Source of the DNA: an uncultured Candidatus Peribacteria bacterium
Lineage (GTDB): Bacteria; Patescibacteriota; Gracilibacteria; Peribacterales; Peribacteraceae
NCBI GenBank assembly: GCA_964460365.1
Contig: CAYWPL010000008.1
Coordinates: 7,835-71,834, forward strand
DNA: 64,000 nucleotides
Direction of reading: 5' to 3'
Shown here: positions 37,131 to 47,296 of the stretch, piece after piece
Position numbering within the stretch: the first letter of the stretch is position 1
How the letters are laid out: every line of letters starts with the position of its first letter
Made by a program: the position numbers and the translations under genes
The notes under the pieces: generated by a model
What the model saw: only the letters and a program-made list of their open reading frames with translations
Database searches by the model: none
What the model was told of the DNA's origin: nothing

Positions 37131-39845
37131 ATGCTCGATAAAGCCTACGACCCATCGGGAACCGAAGATCGCATCTACAAGCTGTGGGAGGACAGTGGTG
37201 CCTTCCGCGCGGACGCGCAGAACGTGATCAAGAACAACAAGAAGCCGTTCACCGTCAGTATGCCGCCGCCCAACGCCACGGGTCAGCTGCATCTGGGTCA
37301 TGCCGTCATGCTCGCGCTCGAGGATATCTTCATCCGGTATCGCCGTATGAAGGGCGAGGAGGCGCTCTGGGTGCCGGGCACGGACCACGCAGCCATCGCC
37401 ACGGAGAGCATGATCATCAAGAAGATCCAGAAAGAGCAGAAGATGAAAGATCCGCGCGCCACGCTTGGTCGTGAGGAACTGCTGCGGCAGATCGCGGCGT
37501 TCGTGGAGATCAGCCGCGGCACGATCCGCTCGCAGGTGCGCAAGATGGGATCCAGCTGCGACTGGTCGCGCGAGCGGTACACGCTGGAGCCCACGCTCAA
37601 CCGCTGCGTGAACGAGATGTTCGTGAGCATGTACCAGGACGGGCTCATCTACCGCGGTCACCGCATCGTCAACTGGGACCCAAAACTGCAGACGACGGTG
37701 TCCGATGATGAGATCGAATACACCGAGCGCAAGGAGCCGTTCTACACGTTCCAGTACGGGCCGTTCCAGATCTCCACGTCGCGCCCCGAGACGAAGTTCG
37801 GCGACAAGTACGTCATCATGCACCCCGATGACGAGCGCTATGCCAAGTACACGCACGGCGAGACGTTCGAGTGCGAGTGGATCAACGGGCCCGTCACCGC
37901 GACCATCATCAAGGATAAAGCGGTCGATCCGACCTTTGGCACGGGTGTCATGACCATCACGCCGTGGCATGACCACATCGATTTCGACATCGCCGAACGT
38001 CACGATCTGGAAAAGCAGCAGATCATCGGTTTCGACGGCAAGCTGTTGCCCGCGGCGGGGGAGTTCTCGGGCCTGCACATCGAGGACGCGCGTCCCCAGA
38101 TCGTCGAGAAGCTCAAATCTAAGGGCCTGCTTGTCTCCGTCAAAGAGGATTACGTCCACAACGTCGCGCTCAGCCAGCGCGGCAAAGGCATGATCGAACC
38201 GCAGATCAAAGAGCAGTGGTTCATCGACGTGAACAAGCCGGTCGTGCAATGGAAGCGCCGCCAGCTCAGCCTGAAAGAAGTGCTGCAGGAGGTGGTACGC
38301 ACGAAGCAGATCACGATCATTCCCGACCGGTTCGAAAAAACGTATTTCCACTGGATCGATAACCTCCGCGACTGGTGCATCTCGCGCCAGATCTGGTGGG
38401 GGCACCGCGTGCCGGTGTGGTACCGCGACGATCGCGGCAGCCGCGACATGCACGTGGGGGCCCTCCCGCCCGAGGGTGACTGGGAGCAGGATCCGGACAC
38501 GCTCGATACGTGGTTCAGCTCAGCGCTCTGGACCTGGAGCACACTGATCGATCCCGAACTCGCCAAAGACCATACACTCAGCCTTCGCGATTTATTGCTG
38601 AAAAGTCCAGATGTGCAGGCGTTCCATCCCACGCAGGTGATGGAAACCGGCTACGACATTCTGTTCTTCTGGGTGGCGCGCATGATCCTGATGACGACGT
38701 ATGCCACTGGCTCGATCCCCGAAATGGAATACGGCCAGGTGCCGTTCGAAACCGTCTATCTGCACGGTCTGATCCGCACGCGCGAGGGCAAGAAGATGAG
38801 CAAGTCCGATCCCGAGACGGGGATCGACCCGCTCGACATGATCAAAATTTACGGCGCCGACGCGCTGCGCCTCTCGATGATCGTCGGGCAGAGTCCGGGC
38901 AACGACAGTCGGTTGTACGAGGAGAAGATCGCAGGCTACCGCAACTTCGTGAACAAGCTCTGGAACGCGAGCCGCTTCATCCTGCTGCAGTGCGAGCAGG
39001 CCGAGGAAGACCCCACGACCATCACGACCTACGAAGCCCGCACGCTCGCCGACAAAGCGCTGATCCACGCGCTGGAGGAACTCGTCCGCGATGTCACCGC
39101 CGGACTCGACGCCTACCGCCTGAGCGAGGTGGGAGAGCGGCTCTATACTTTTGTATGGGAGTACTTCTGCGACTGGTATCTGGAACTCAGCAAAGGTGAG
39201 GCGAACACCGGCGTCCTCATCCACGCGCTGCGCACCATTCTCATGCTGCTCCATCCGTACTGCCCGTTTGTTACGGAAGAGCTCTGGGGCCAAGTGAAGA
39301 CGCCGGACGCACCGGCCCTCATCCGCCAGCCGTGGCCCGTGATCAACGAAGCCTCGGATTACGGTCAGTCGTACACGGATCTGCAGGTGGTTATCGATGT
39401 GATCACGGCCATCCGCAAGCTGCGCACGGATCAATCCGTGGAGCCCAAGAAAGAAGTAAACGTGATTCTCGTCAGCAAAGCGCATGCCGATCTGTTGCAG
39501 TCGCAGGTCTCGCGTATATCGCAGCTCGGTAAAGTCGCCGCGCTCACCATCGAGAAAAACGCCGCGCCCAAAGGCACGGACGTGGCGAGCATTTTCCTGG
39601 AGGGTACCGAGGTGCATCTGTCGCTGGAGGGTCTTGTCGACAAAGAGAAAGAACTCCAGAGCCTGAAAAAAGAGCACGAGCAGCTCACGCGCTTTGCCTC
39701 CGGCATCCGCGCCAAGCTCGGCAACGCGTCGTTTGTGGATAACGCTCCGGCCGCCGTTGTGGACGCAGAAAAAGCCAAAGAGAAGGCGACGCTTGAGAAG
39801 CTCCAGAAGATCGAAGAGCGACTGAAGGCGTTGGGCAAAGCCTGA
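37131..39845 (+). CDS. valS: Valine--tRNA ligase
   Basis: ATG at 37131 (MLDKAYDPSGTEDRIYKLWE). PPPNATGQLHLGHA is the HIGH motif, WCISRQIWWGHRVP fits the family, and KMSKS is present. A C-terminal coiled coil is also present. Confidence 0.96.
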   Translation: MLDKAYDPSGTEDRIYKLWEDSGAFRADAQNVIKNNKKPFTVSMPPPNATGQLHLGHAVMLALEDIFIRYRRMKGEEALWVPGTDHAAIATESMIIKKIQKEQKMKDPRATLGREELLRQIAAFVEISRGTIRSQVRKMGSSCDWSRERYTLEPTLNRCVNEMFVSMYQDGLIYRGHRIVNWDPKLQTTVSDDEIEYTERKEPFYTFQYGPFQISTSRPETKFGDKYVIMHPDDERYAKYTHGETFECEWINGPVTATIIKDKAVDPTFGTGVMTITPWHDHIDFDIAERHDLEKQQIIGFDGKLLPAAGEFSGLHIEDARPQIVEKLKSKGLLVSVKEDYVHNVALSQRGKGMIEPQIKEQWFIDVNKPVVQWKRRQLSLKEVLQEVVRTKQITIIPDRFEKTYFHWIDNLRDWCISRQIWWGHRVPVWYRDDRGSRDMHVGALPPEGDWEQDPDTLDTWFSSALWTWSTLIDPELAKDHTLSLRDLLLKSPDVQAFHPTQVMETGYDILFFWVARMILMTTYATGSIPEMEYGQVPFETVYLHGLIRTREGKKMSKSDPETGIDPLDMIKIYGADALRLSMIVGQSPGNDSRLYEEKIAGYRNFVNKLWNASRFILLQCEQAEEDPTTITTYEARTLADKALIHALEELVRDVTAGLDAYRLSEVGERLYTFVWEYFCDWYLELSKGEANTGVLIHALRTILMLLHPYCPFVTEELWGQVKTPDAPALIRQPWPVINEASDYGQSYTDLQVVIDVITAIRKLRTDQSVEPKKEVNVILVSKAHADLLQSQVSRISQLGKVAALTIEKNAAPKGTDVASIFLEGTEVHLSLEGLVDKEKELQSLKKEHEQLTRFASGIRAKLGNASFVDNAPAAVVDAEKAKEKATLEKLQKIEERLKALGKA

Positions 39846-41054
39846 TCAGTAGGCCGGCATGTCGAAGCCGCGCTTGGTGCCGCTGCGCACCTCCATCGCC
39901 GCGCCGCGGGTGATCGTATTACGGCCGTATTTCTCGTGCAGGCGGTCGAGTGTCTTCTGGACGTCCTCGTCCCGGCAGATCTTCCCGGCGTCTTCAAACA
40001 GCGAGTACTGCACGCTTCCGGCGGGGCCGAGCCGCCATAGCGCCATGCCGATCTGCGTGTAGCCCGCGTGCGCGTCATGCACCTGGCGCAGGCAGCGCCG
40101 CAGGTAGGGGTGCAGCGCCTCTTCGGTGCAGGTGGGCTGGGGGAGGGAAGTGTGGGCGCTCTTCCAGCGATAGCGCTCGTCTCGGAGCCATACCGAGACG
40201 CCGCGGCAGGCCAGCTCGTGCCGCCGCATCTTGAGCACCGTGTACTCGGCGTGACGCAGCAGGTGGGCCCAGAGCGTGCGAGGGTTTGTCTCCCGGCGGA
40301 AGCTGCGGGCGCGCGAGACCGATTTGGGCGCATGGTGCTCGTTGTCCACGGGCGAGAGCATTTCTCCCAGTAGTTCGCGCTGCATATCGCTCCCGGGCCG
40401 TCCGAAGAGCGAGACGAGCAGGTCTGTTGGGGCCGCAGCGATGTCCCAGGCCGTCTCCCAGCCGTGGGTCGCCACATGGGGCTGGCGCCGCCGCCCGATG
40501 CCCGGGATGGCCGGCGCGGGCCTGTCTCGCAGGAACTCCTCGATCCGCAGCGCCAGAGGGCCCAGCATGCCCACGGCCGTGACGCCGGAGGGTTTGCGGT
40601 ACTCTCCCGCCATCTTGGCAAGCAGCTTGCTGGGTCCGATACCTACCGAGACCGAGAGGCCGGTCTTATCTAGGATCGTTTTCTGGATAGTCCGTCCCCA
40701 GATATCCGGATCGGCCGGGACGCCGCTGACAATCGAGTTCAGATCCAGATACCACTCATCGATCGACATCTGTTCCACGATCGGACAGTGTTCCCGGATG
40801 ACGCTTTCGATCTGCTCGGAGGCCAAGCCCGTTTCGTGGAAGTCCGAGGGCATGCGGATGGCGTCGGGACAGAGGCGCATCGCTTCTTTGAGTGGCGTGC
40901 CCGTGCGGATACCCTTGGCTTTCGCCTCGTAGCTGGCCGCGATCACGAACCCACCGCCCATGCCGAGAGCCAGGAGGGGCTTGCCGCGCAACCGCGGGCT
41001 CTGCCGGACGAGGACGGACGCGAAAAAAGAATCGGCGTCGATATGCGCGATCAT
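39846..41054 (-). CDS. dinB: DNA polymerase IV (Y-family)
   Basis: MIAHIDADSFFASVLVRQSPRLRGKPLLAL, SIDEWYLDL, SVSVGIGPSKLLAKMA and IPGIGRR. Confidence 0.92.
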   Translation of the reverse strand: MIAHIDADSFFASVLVRQSPRLRGKPLLALGMGGGFVIAASYEAKAKGIRTGTPLKEAMRLCPDAIRMPSDFHETGLASEQIESVIREHCPIVEQMSIDEWYLDLNSIVSGVPADPDIWGRTIQKTILDKTGLSVSVGIGPSKLLAKMAGEYRKPSGVTAVGMLGPLALRIEEFLRDRPAPAIPGIGRRRQPHVATHGWETAWDIAAAPTDLLVSLFGRPGSDMQRELLGEMLSPVDNEHHAPKSVSRARSFRRETNPRTLWAHLLRHAEYTVLKMRRHELACRGVSVWLRDERYRWKSAHTSLPQPTCTEEALHPYLRRCLRQVHDAHAGYTQIGMALWRLGPAGSVQYSLFEDAGKICRDEDVQKTLDRLHEKYGRNTITRGAAMEVRSGTKRGFDMPAY

Positions 41055-41099
41055 GGATTGGCGTAGGAAAGGTAGGAAAAAGGCGATGATGATCCGGGC

Positions 41100-41717
41100 T
41101 CAGTACTTCCGTATCAGCCCCTGCACGACGCCTGCCACCTGCAGTTCTTCCAGCGCGTGCAGATCGGGATAGGCAGGATTCTCGGCGTGTAGGAAGAATT
41201 TGCCAGTCTTCTCTTTCTTCAGGCGCTTGAGCGTGAATTCGCCGTCGAGCACGCCCACCACTATGTCGCCAGGCTTGGGCGTCTTGCCGCGCAGCACGAG
41301 AACGAGGTCGCCTTCGTTGATACCGGCGTTGATCATGCTGTCACCTTTTACCCGCAGCAGGAACGTCGAGTTCTTGTCGTGTACGAGGTAATCCTCCAGC
41401 GTCACCGTCTCCTCCGCCTGCTCCTCCACGGGTGCGGCGAAACCGGCCGTGATGGGTCCGAAGAGTGGCAGGGTCATGGGCGCGAAGGTGTCCTTCGTGT
41501 CTTCCTCGTGCTCCAGGATCTTGATACGGCCCTTGGGGTCTTTCTCCAGATGACCGGCCTTGAAGAGCGCGTTCACCACCTTGGCGACGGCGTTCTTGCT
41601 CCGCACGCCGAAGGCGAGCGCGAGGTCCGCGAGCGACGGCGAGTAACCCCGCTTGTGTTGGAACTCCCGGATGTAGCTGAGCACGGTCCGCTGATGTGGA
41701 GTGAGCGCGTCGGTCAT
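41100..41717 (-). CDS. lexA: LexA repressor (S24 peptidase)
   Basis: ATG at 41717 (MTDALTPHQRTVLSYIREFQHKRGYSPSLADLALAFG is a winged helix). The catalytic Ser is in VKGDSMINAGI and the Lys in FTLKRL. dinB follows 45 nt downstream. Confidence 0.92.
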   Translation of the reverse strand: MTDALTPHQRTVLSYIREFQHKRGYSPSLADLALAFGVRSKNAVAKVVNALFKAGHLEKDPKGRIKILEHEEDTKDTFAPMTLPLFGPITAGFAAPVEEQAEETVTLEDYLVHDKNSTFLLRVKGDSMINAGINEGDLVLVLRGKTPKPGDIVVGVLDGEFTLKRLKKEKTGKFFLHAENPAYPDLHALEELQVAGVVQGLIRKY

Positions 41718-41728
41718 GGGTGTGTGGG

Positions 41729-41773
41729 GAACGATCGTCCACCAGAGTACGGTGTACGACCGTTCACTGTCAA
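41729..41773 (-). promoter_or_regulatory. lexA promoter (TTGACA-18-TACTCT) overlapped by two GAAC-N4-GTnC half-palindromes (candidate LexA boxes)
   Basis: Plus-strand GAACGATCGTCC lies at 41729-41740 and GTACGACCGTTC at 41754-41765. Each is one mismatch from the Gram-positive-type GAAC-N4-GTTC core. The -10 is at 41744-41749 and the -35 at 41768-41773 on the minus strand. Confidence 0.4.
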
Positions 41774-41813
41774 ATGCTATCACAGAAAGGCGCTTTCAGG
41801 GCTTTCCAGAGCC

Positions 41814-43064
41814 TTAGACCGTGGGTGTCACGGGTTGTACCAGCGTTCCCAGCGTCTCCATCCCGATCTCCTTCGGGATTTTCTTCCACAGCGGGCGCAT
41901 CAACTTGAGCAACACCGCGATGCAGCAGCCGGTGAAGAGGCCGTGCATGATGAGGCTCGTGGAGAGCGACGTGCGGTCCGCTATGGCGGCGAAGACTGGC
42001 GGGAAAAACGCGAAGAAGATCTGAAACATGAATCCGCGCACCGAGAGGATCGTGGCGCGCACGTCGGGGGTCGTCATCCGGTTCATCAGATCAAACGTGA
42101 GGGGACCGAGGAAACCCCACATCACGCGGACGAGAATAATCAGCGCGATGCCCGCAGGCGCGGGAGGCAACACACCGAGCAGCAGCAGGAAACTGACGGC
42201 GGAGATGGCGATGAACAGCAGGAACTGCCGGTCCTTAAGCCAGTGTGCGAACCGGTACGACTCGCGCGATGCTATGGCCGCGGAGAGCACGACCGCTGCG
42301 TGCACGGCGCCGAAGTAGCCCAGCGGCACGCCCGCTTCCACCAGGTAGGGCTGCGTGAACCAGTAGAGCGTGATGAGCAGCGAGCCGAACAGGCTGTCGA
42401 TCAGGATCACGTAACGCAGGCGCTTGTCCCCAATGAGGCTGCGGTGTGCCACTGCGAGCATGGTGTTCAGCGCCTTTTGACCTCTGGAGAGCGTCGTGCG
42501 CGGCGGTTCGTCCAAGGTCATCGCCAGCACAATCAACGCTCCGAAAACCGGAAGCGTCGCCCAGAAGGCCAGGCGCAGGCTGATGACGGCCAGTGCGCCG
42601 CCGATGAGGCCGGCCAGTGCCTCGGCCGCGAAGCGCATGAATGTCTGGCTTCCCAGGCTCCTGCGGAACGATTGCGCTTTGCCCTCGGCTTCCAGCGATT
42701 CAAATGTCAGCGCCTCGATCGTCCCGGACTGAAAACTCAGTCCCGTAGAGAGCAGCGACGTAGCCGCGAGGAAAAACCAGTAGTTGGTGCCGATGCAGTA
42801 GCACAGCACGCCGATGAAGTTGCAAACTGCACCCGCGATCAGCGTGTTTTTCCGCCCCCACCGGTCCGCGAGGTATCCCGACGGGATCTGCCAGGATGCC
42901 AGCACCAGCGCCGAGATGCCCTGCATGATTAGCACCTCGAAGAGGGACATGCCCGACTGCTGCAAAAACACCACCAGGATGGGCAGGTAAAACAGCGAAC
43001 TGGTGCCCGCTTTGAGCACGGTCAGCTTCACCCGGTTTCGGCGCCAGGCGGCGGCGGATTCCAT
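41814..43064 (-). CDS. MFS transporter
   Basis: 416 aa with ~12 hydrophobic segments. The MFS loop motif is GYLADRWGRKNTL. Confidence 0.87.
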   Translation of the reverse strand: MESAAAWRRNRVKLTVLKAGTSSLFYLPILVVFLQQSGMSLFEVLIMQGISALVLASWQIPSGYLADRWGRKNTLIAGAVCNFIGVLCYCIGTNYWFFLAATSLLSTGLSFQSGTIEALTFESLEAEGKAQSFRRSLGSQTFMRFAAEALAGLIGGALAVISLRLAFWATLPVFGALIVLAMTLDEPPRTTLSRGQKALNTMLAVAHRSLIGDKRLRYVILIDSLFGSLLITLYWFTQPYLVEAGVPLGYFGAVHAAVVLSAAIASRESYRFAHWLKDRQFLLFIAISAVSFLLLLGVLPPAPAGIALIILVRVMWGFLGPLTFDLMNRMTTPDVRATILSVRGFMFQIFFAFFPPVFAAIADRTSLSTSLIMHGLFTGCCIAVLLKLMRPLWKKIPKEIGMETLGTLVQPVTPTV

Positions 43065-43102
43065 GTATGGATTCTACCGAGATCCGGCTGTTCGGCCAGT
43101 GT

Positions 43103-44005
43103 TCACTCGATCACGTCCAGATCCTTGTATTTCTTCAGTTCGATGTAGGTGATCGTCCAGACCGTCTCCTGGAAGACCTGCAGATAGCCGAACAGGTAGC
43201 TCGCGCCGTACACGAGGCCCAGGCCCGTCACGCCCGCGGCAATGGCGCTGATAGTGAAGGAGAAGAAGTAGGCGAAGATGATCCCGACGCCGACGACGAT
43301 GCCGGGGATCAGGATGACGATCACGGTGTTGAGCATCGTGCGGATGGAGATGACGAGCAGCAGCATCAGCAGGAACATGACGTGTCCGAGGTAGCTCACG
43401 ATCAGCTTGAAACTCTGGCCCATCGCTTCGAAGATGCCGGTGCGGGAGATGACCACCGCGGGCTGGGCGAAGCTGAAGAAGAACTTGAGAATGTTGGAGA
43501 TGATCCAGACGCCGATGATGATCATGATCATCACGAATTTCACGTCCCCGGGGATGTAGCGTGCGGTGAGCGAGGAGAGGCTGAGCGCCGTCGTCCAGCT
43601 GCTCAGGAGCAGGAATTCGTGGATGGCGAGGATCGGGAAGAAGTTGTAGAGGGCCAGCACGAAGCCGCCTTTCACCTCCTCGCCGCAGTGCGATTTGGCG
43701 GCGAGCCCGATGATGGCGCCCATGGCGAGGTTCGGGAAGATGAACTCGATGCACAGCAGGATGATGAAGATCGCCACGACGGTGATGAATCCCCACAGCG
43801 GCACGTGCTCGTAGAGCCAGATCGCATCATCGAAGAGGCCGACCGTCTTTCCGCTCGTGAAACTGTACAGGAAGTAGAGCTGGTATCCGATTAGCTTGAT
43901 GTTGAGCAGCGTCTGGAAGAACGACGAGAAAAATCCCCAGCGACGCAGAACCTTTTCGCGCCTCGTGAGGGCCCAGGCTTCTGCGATGATTTCACGGGGT
44001 GTCAT
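43103..44005 (-). CDS. Hypothetical polytopic membrane protein
   Basis: 300 aa with 6-7 long hydrophobic segments rich in Ile/Phe/Leu. The start overlaps the LCP stop by 4 nt. No family is recognised with confidence. Confidence 0.75.
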   Translation of the reverse strand: MTPREIIAEAWALTRREKVLRRWGFFSSFFQTLLNIKLIGYQLYFLYSFTSGKTVGLFDDAIWLYEHVPLWGFITVVAIFIILLCIEFIFPNLAMGAIIGLAAKSHCGEEVKGGFVLALYNFFPILAIHEFLLLSSWTTALSLSSLTARYIPGDVKFVMIMIIIGVWIISNILKFFFSFAQPAVVISRTGIFEAMGQSFKLIVSYLGHVMFLLMLLLVISIRTMLNTVIVILIPGIVVGVGIIFAYFFSFTISAIAAGVTGLGLVYGASYLFGYLQVFQETVWTITYIELKKYKDLDVIE

Positions 44006-45729
44006 AGGGAGAAGTCCTCGTCGGAAGAGCCGCTGGCCGTGGGTGCGTCAATGATGGGGAACGAAGACGCCGCCCCGCTGCCGCTCAGCCAAGACGGGGC
44101 CACGCTGCCCGTTTCCGTGGAGGAGGACAGGGCGCCGCTGCCCGCGGTGGCATCCGGCTCCGGTACCGACAGCGCCTCAAGATCCTTCCACTGATTGTCC
44201 ACCGGCATCAGATCTTGGAGGGGAGTGTAGGTGTAATCTTTGCCGAGTACGATCGTCACCTGGCCCAGCAGATCCGGGAGAATGTCCGCCGGAGGCGTCG
44301 TGGCTGGCATCTGGAGCAGTCCGCCGAAGAACTCCGCGAGAGAGGCGTCCTCCGGCAGCTTGCCGATGACGGCTGACGTCACGCGTTCGCCCGCGGGGTC
44401 ATCGCGGTCTTCCACCAGGTTGCCCGATTCTTCCACCAGGAAGCCAAAGCGTCCCAGTTCGGCGGCCAGCCTGCTTGCGGCCCCGGACGGAGCGCCCGCG
44501 TTGTAGACGTAGATCTGCGGATGGGCGAGGAGGATCGACCGGCTGCCGAGTAGCAGTGCCGTGAGCGTCTGGATCTGCCGCCAGTTGCCCGAGCCCTCCG
44601 GAATGGAGACGGGAAGCAGGACCGATGCGCCGGCGAACAGCGCCGGCGGGGGGTTGTAGAGCAGGCCGCCCGGTGCGGGCTGGAACGTGGAGTAGCCCGT
44701 CTGGTTGTTGAGATGCACGCTGATAACGTTGCCGCGCTCCATCCGATCGGCGATCTTCCCGGCACCGAGGATCTCCTGGAAGCTCATGGTCGTCAGCACG
44801 TTCTCCGAAAGAATCTGGAGGAAGGACGTGATTCTGCCCGGACTCGTCGCCAGCCCCGCCTCGCCGGCCTTTTCCGCGATCGCCTTGAGGATCAGTTGCT
44901 GGCGCGCGGACCGGTCGAAGTCGCTGGTGCTGTGGCGGCTGCGCGCGTACTTGAGCGCCGTTTCGCCGTCCAGGTGCTGGGGGCCGGCATGGATCACGAA
45001 CGTCTCGTAGCTGTAGTCCGGACCGGGATACTGCGGGTCCACGATGTCCTCCGGCACGACGACGTCGATGCCGCCGAGCATGTCCACCGCTTTCACGAAG
45101 GCGATGAAGTCGACTTTCACGATGTGGTGGATCTGCACATGGAACAGGCGGCTGATCTCGTTGCCGAGCTCCACGAGCGCCTCCTTGGCCGCCTCCTCCT
45201 TGGTTTTGCCCTGCGCGCGCAGATAGCCCTTATAGTCCCGATAGAGCGCGTTAACGCGTCCTTTGCCCATCAGCTGGGACGAGATATACAGATCGCGGGG
45301 GATCGAGAGCAGTACGACGCTCTTGCTCTTCTTCGGGTCGAAACTCGCGATCATCATGGAATCCGTCAGGTCCACGCCCTCGTGGGATTTGTCGCCCGAG
45401 CCGAGGAGCAGGAAGTTCGTATAGCCGTGCGAGTCCGTCGGCAGATCCGCGCCGGCGACGGACAGGAATGAATGCGGCGTGAGGATGCGCAGCGCGACGA
45501 GCGCCTGCACCGTGCCCGCGAGCAGCACGAGGCCGAGCAGGATCGAGAGCAACACGAGCAGGATCCGCTTGAGGATGTGCGCCTGTTTTTCCTCCTCCTT
45601 GCGCTGTTTCCAGCGTGCATACCAGCCGAAGACGGCGCCGGACACCCGTGCCAAGAGTGGTGCGGCTTTGACCAACCCCGGTACATGCTGAGGTTTCTCC
45701 TCGCTGATGCGACGAGTCGTGAATGTCAT
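44002..45729 (-). CDS. LytR-CpsA-Psr (LCP) family cell-envelope phosphotransferase with a C-terminal extension
   Basis: The track ORF is trimmed to ATG 45729 (MTFTTRR..., then the TM helix ILLVLLSILLGLVLLAGTV). LCP motifs are TNFLLLGSGDK...DLTDSMMIASF, LLSIPRDLY and ALKYARSRHSTSDFDRSARQQ. The upstream 251 codons overlap the DUF1624 gene in another frame. Confidence 0.87.
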   Translation of the reverse strand: MTFTTRRISEEKPQHVPGLVKAAPLLARVSGAVFGWYARWKQRKEEEKQAHILKRILLVLLSILLGLVLLAGTVQALVALRILTPHSFLSVAGADLPTDSHGYTNFLLLGSGDKSHEGVDLTDSMMIASFDPKKSKSVVLLSIPRDLYISSQLMGKGRVNALYRDYKGYLRAQGKTKEEAAKEALVELGNEISRLFHVQIHHIVKVDFIAFVKAVDMLGGIDVVVPEDIVDPQYPGPDYSYETFVIHAGPQHLDGETALKYARSRHSTSDFDRSARQQLILKAIAEKAGEAGLATSPGRITSFLQILSENVLTTMSFQEILGAGKIADRMERGNVISVHLNNQTGYSTFQPAPGGLLYNPPPALFAGASVLLPVSIPEGSGNWRQIQTLTALLLGSRSILLAHPQIYVYNAGAPSGAASRLAAELGRFGFLVEESGNLVEDRDDPAGERVTSAVIGKLPEDASLAEFFGGLLQMPATTPPADILPDLLGQVTIVLGKDYTYTPLQDLMPVDNQWKDLEALSVPEPDATAGSGALSSSTETGSVAPSWLSGSGAASSFPIIDAPTASGSSDEDFSL

Positions 45730-45878
45730 GTGCGTGAGAGTGTAGTGGAAGGGGGCCGCCCGAGAAAGCCTCCGAGGGCAGAAAAACCACGAATTAGCAA
45801 TTGGTGTTTTGGTCAGTAGGCAGCCGAAAAAGACTACTATTGTGGTCATGCCCGCGCCCGGGCTCTCCAGTGCATTTT

Positions 45879-46613
45879 TCAGCCCGCGATCAGACGCAGA
45901 ATCACCAGCAGAATCGGCTGATGCGCCAGATAGATCCAGAGGGCGTAGCGGCCCGGCCAGGTCAACCACTGGAGCAGGGGAGACGCAGCGGATGACGCTG
46001 GTGCGGGACGCAGTCCGCGCACGTAGATCGCGTTCCCGAGTGCGACGCCCAGGAGAATCCAGCCGAACCACGGCAGCAGCGGATAGTAATCGACGCTCGA
46101 GAAGTCCGCGGGCATTGCGCCGAGCGGGAGCAGCAGCGATGACGACGCGGTGACGTTTCCGATGACGGGGCCGAGCACCAGCGCGAGCAGTCCCGTCAGC
46201 ACGTTCCATTCGCGCAGCGGCGCGAAAAACGGCAGGATCAGCGCCGATACCCCGATCAAATGCAGAATGCCGAAGCGTACGAATGTCTCCGGGTCCGCGA
46301 GCCACGTCGCGAGCGACACGCCCAGGCCGCAGCCGATCACTATCGCTCCGCGGCGTGCGTACTTGGCCGCGATCTTCCTGCGCGATGCGCCTTCGTCTTT
46401 GGTGCGCCCGAAGGAAATGGCGAAGCCGACGCCAACGAGCAGTAAAAAGAGCACCGCCGTTCCGCGCTGTATGGCGAGCCATCCGCCGGAAAACAGATTG
46501 ATGTCCCAGCCATGAAACGACCAGAGATCATAGGCCGTGTGGTACGCGATCATCAGGACGATCGCGAGAGAGCGCAGCAGATCCAATTCCGGGTAGCGGA
46601 CGGGGCGGGACAT
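45879..46613 (-). CDS. DUF1624 / heparan-alpha-glucosaminide N-acetyltransferase-like membrane protein
   Basis: RYPELDLLRSLAIVLMIAYHTAYDL at the N-terminus, followed by ~8 hydrophobic segments. Confidence 0.8.
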   Translation of the reverse strand: MSRPVRYPELDLLRSLAIVLMIAYHTAYDLWSFHGWDINLFSGGWLAIQRGTAVLFLLLVGVGFAISFGRTKDEGASRRKIAAKYARRGAIVIGCGLGVSLATWLADPETFVRFGILHLIGVSALILPFFAPLREWNVLTGLLALVLGPVIGNVTASSSLLLPLGAMPADFSSVDYYPLLPWFGWILLGVALGNAIYVRGLRPAPASSAASPLLQWLTWPGRYALWIYLAHQPILLVILRLIAG

Positions 46614-46710
46614 GGGAGAGAGGATACCCGAAGTCGGTACAGGGACGCTTCGCGTGAGATGGCTCTAGAAACGAAGTGCTGTCCCGGCGTCAGCCGCTAG
46701 GCGCACTACC

Positions 46711-46732
46711 AAAAAACCCCGGTTGCCCGGGG
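46711..46732 (-). terminator. Intrinsic terminator of the zinc-ribbon gene
   Basis: Minus strand: CCCCGG-gcaa-CCGGGG followed by TTTTTT. It lies 28 nt after the stop at 46760. Confidence 0.7.
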
Positions 46733-46759
46733 CTTTGGTTGAGTGCAAGAGAGAACGAT

Positions 46760-47053
46760 TTACGCTCTGCCATTGCCACCACGCTCCGCTGCGAAACAAT
46801 CGCGGCAGAGAACCGGCTTGCCACCCTCCTCGACGGGACGGGGCTTGAACGGTACCTGGCAGTTCGTGCCGCACTTGGCGCACACTGCGTCGTACATCTG
46901 ACGCTCGCCGAAGCGCTCCGTCTTGCGAGCCGCGCGGCAATCCTTGCAGCGCTGGGGGGCGCTCAGGTTCTTGCTGGCGTAGAACTCCTGTTCACCATCG
47001 GTGAACGTGAAAGCTTGGCCGCAATCGCGGCAGGTGATCTGCTGATCAGCCAT
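46760..47053 (-). CDS. Double zinc-ribbon protein (CxxC...CxxC repeated; zf-trcl-like)
   Basis: 97 aa. ITCRDCGQAFTFTDGEQEFYASKNLSAPQRCKDCR, then a second unit AVCAKCGTNCQVPFKP...VLCRDCF. Confidence 0.8.
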   Translation of the reverse strand: MADQQITCRDCGQAFTFTDGEQEFYASKNLSAPQRCKDCRAARKTERFGERQMYDAVCAKCGTNCQVPFKPRPVEEGGKPVLCRDCFAAERGGNGRA

Positions 47054-47296
47054 ACTGTGAGAAAGAAAGAAAAATAGTAATCGCTTTTCCCTCTCTCACG
47101 TTTCTCGGATGACTTGCTAGTGCTTGTCGTACCGTTGGACCGGTTTGAAGGAATTGCTTGTCTCTATTGTAAACCAATCCCGGAGACAGTCAATGACAAG
47201 AATGCTGATTTATGCCCTGGTGCCATCCCTGAGCCATCCGCAAAAGGGCAGGAGACCGGAGTCCGCTGCCTTTTTGGCTCTCTGGAGAGAGAAAAA

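Noticed and set aside
45730-46482. N-terminal 251 codons of the 826-aa ORF containing the LCP gene.
   Set aside because: The stretch is Arg/Ala/Pro-rich junk. It overlaps the well-formed DUF1624 membrane-protein gene (45879-46613) in another frame. The LCP protein has a sensible start at 45729 with a TM helix.
47054-47296. 243-bp spacer between the zinc-ribbon gene and rplL, with imperfect inverted repeats (CTTGTCTC...GAGACAG).
   Set aside because: The stems are short and interrupted. The spacer plausibly just holds the rplL terminator and the zinc-ribbon gene promoter.
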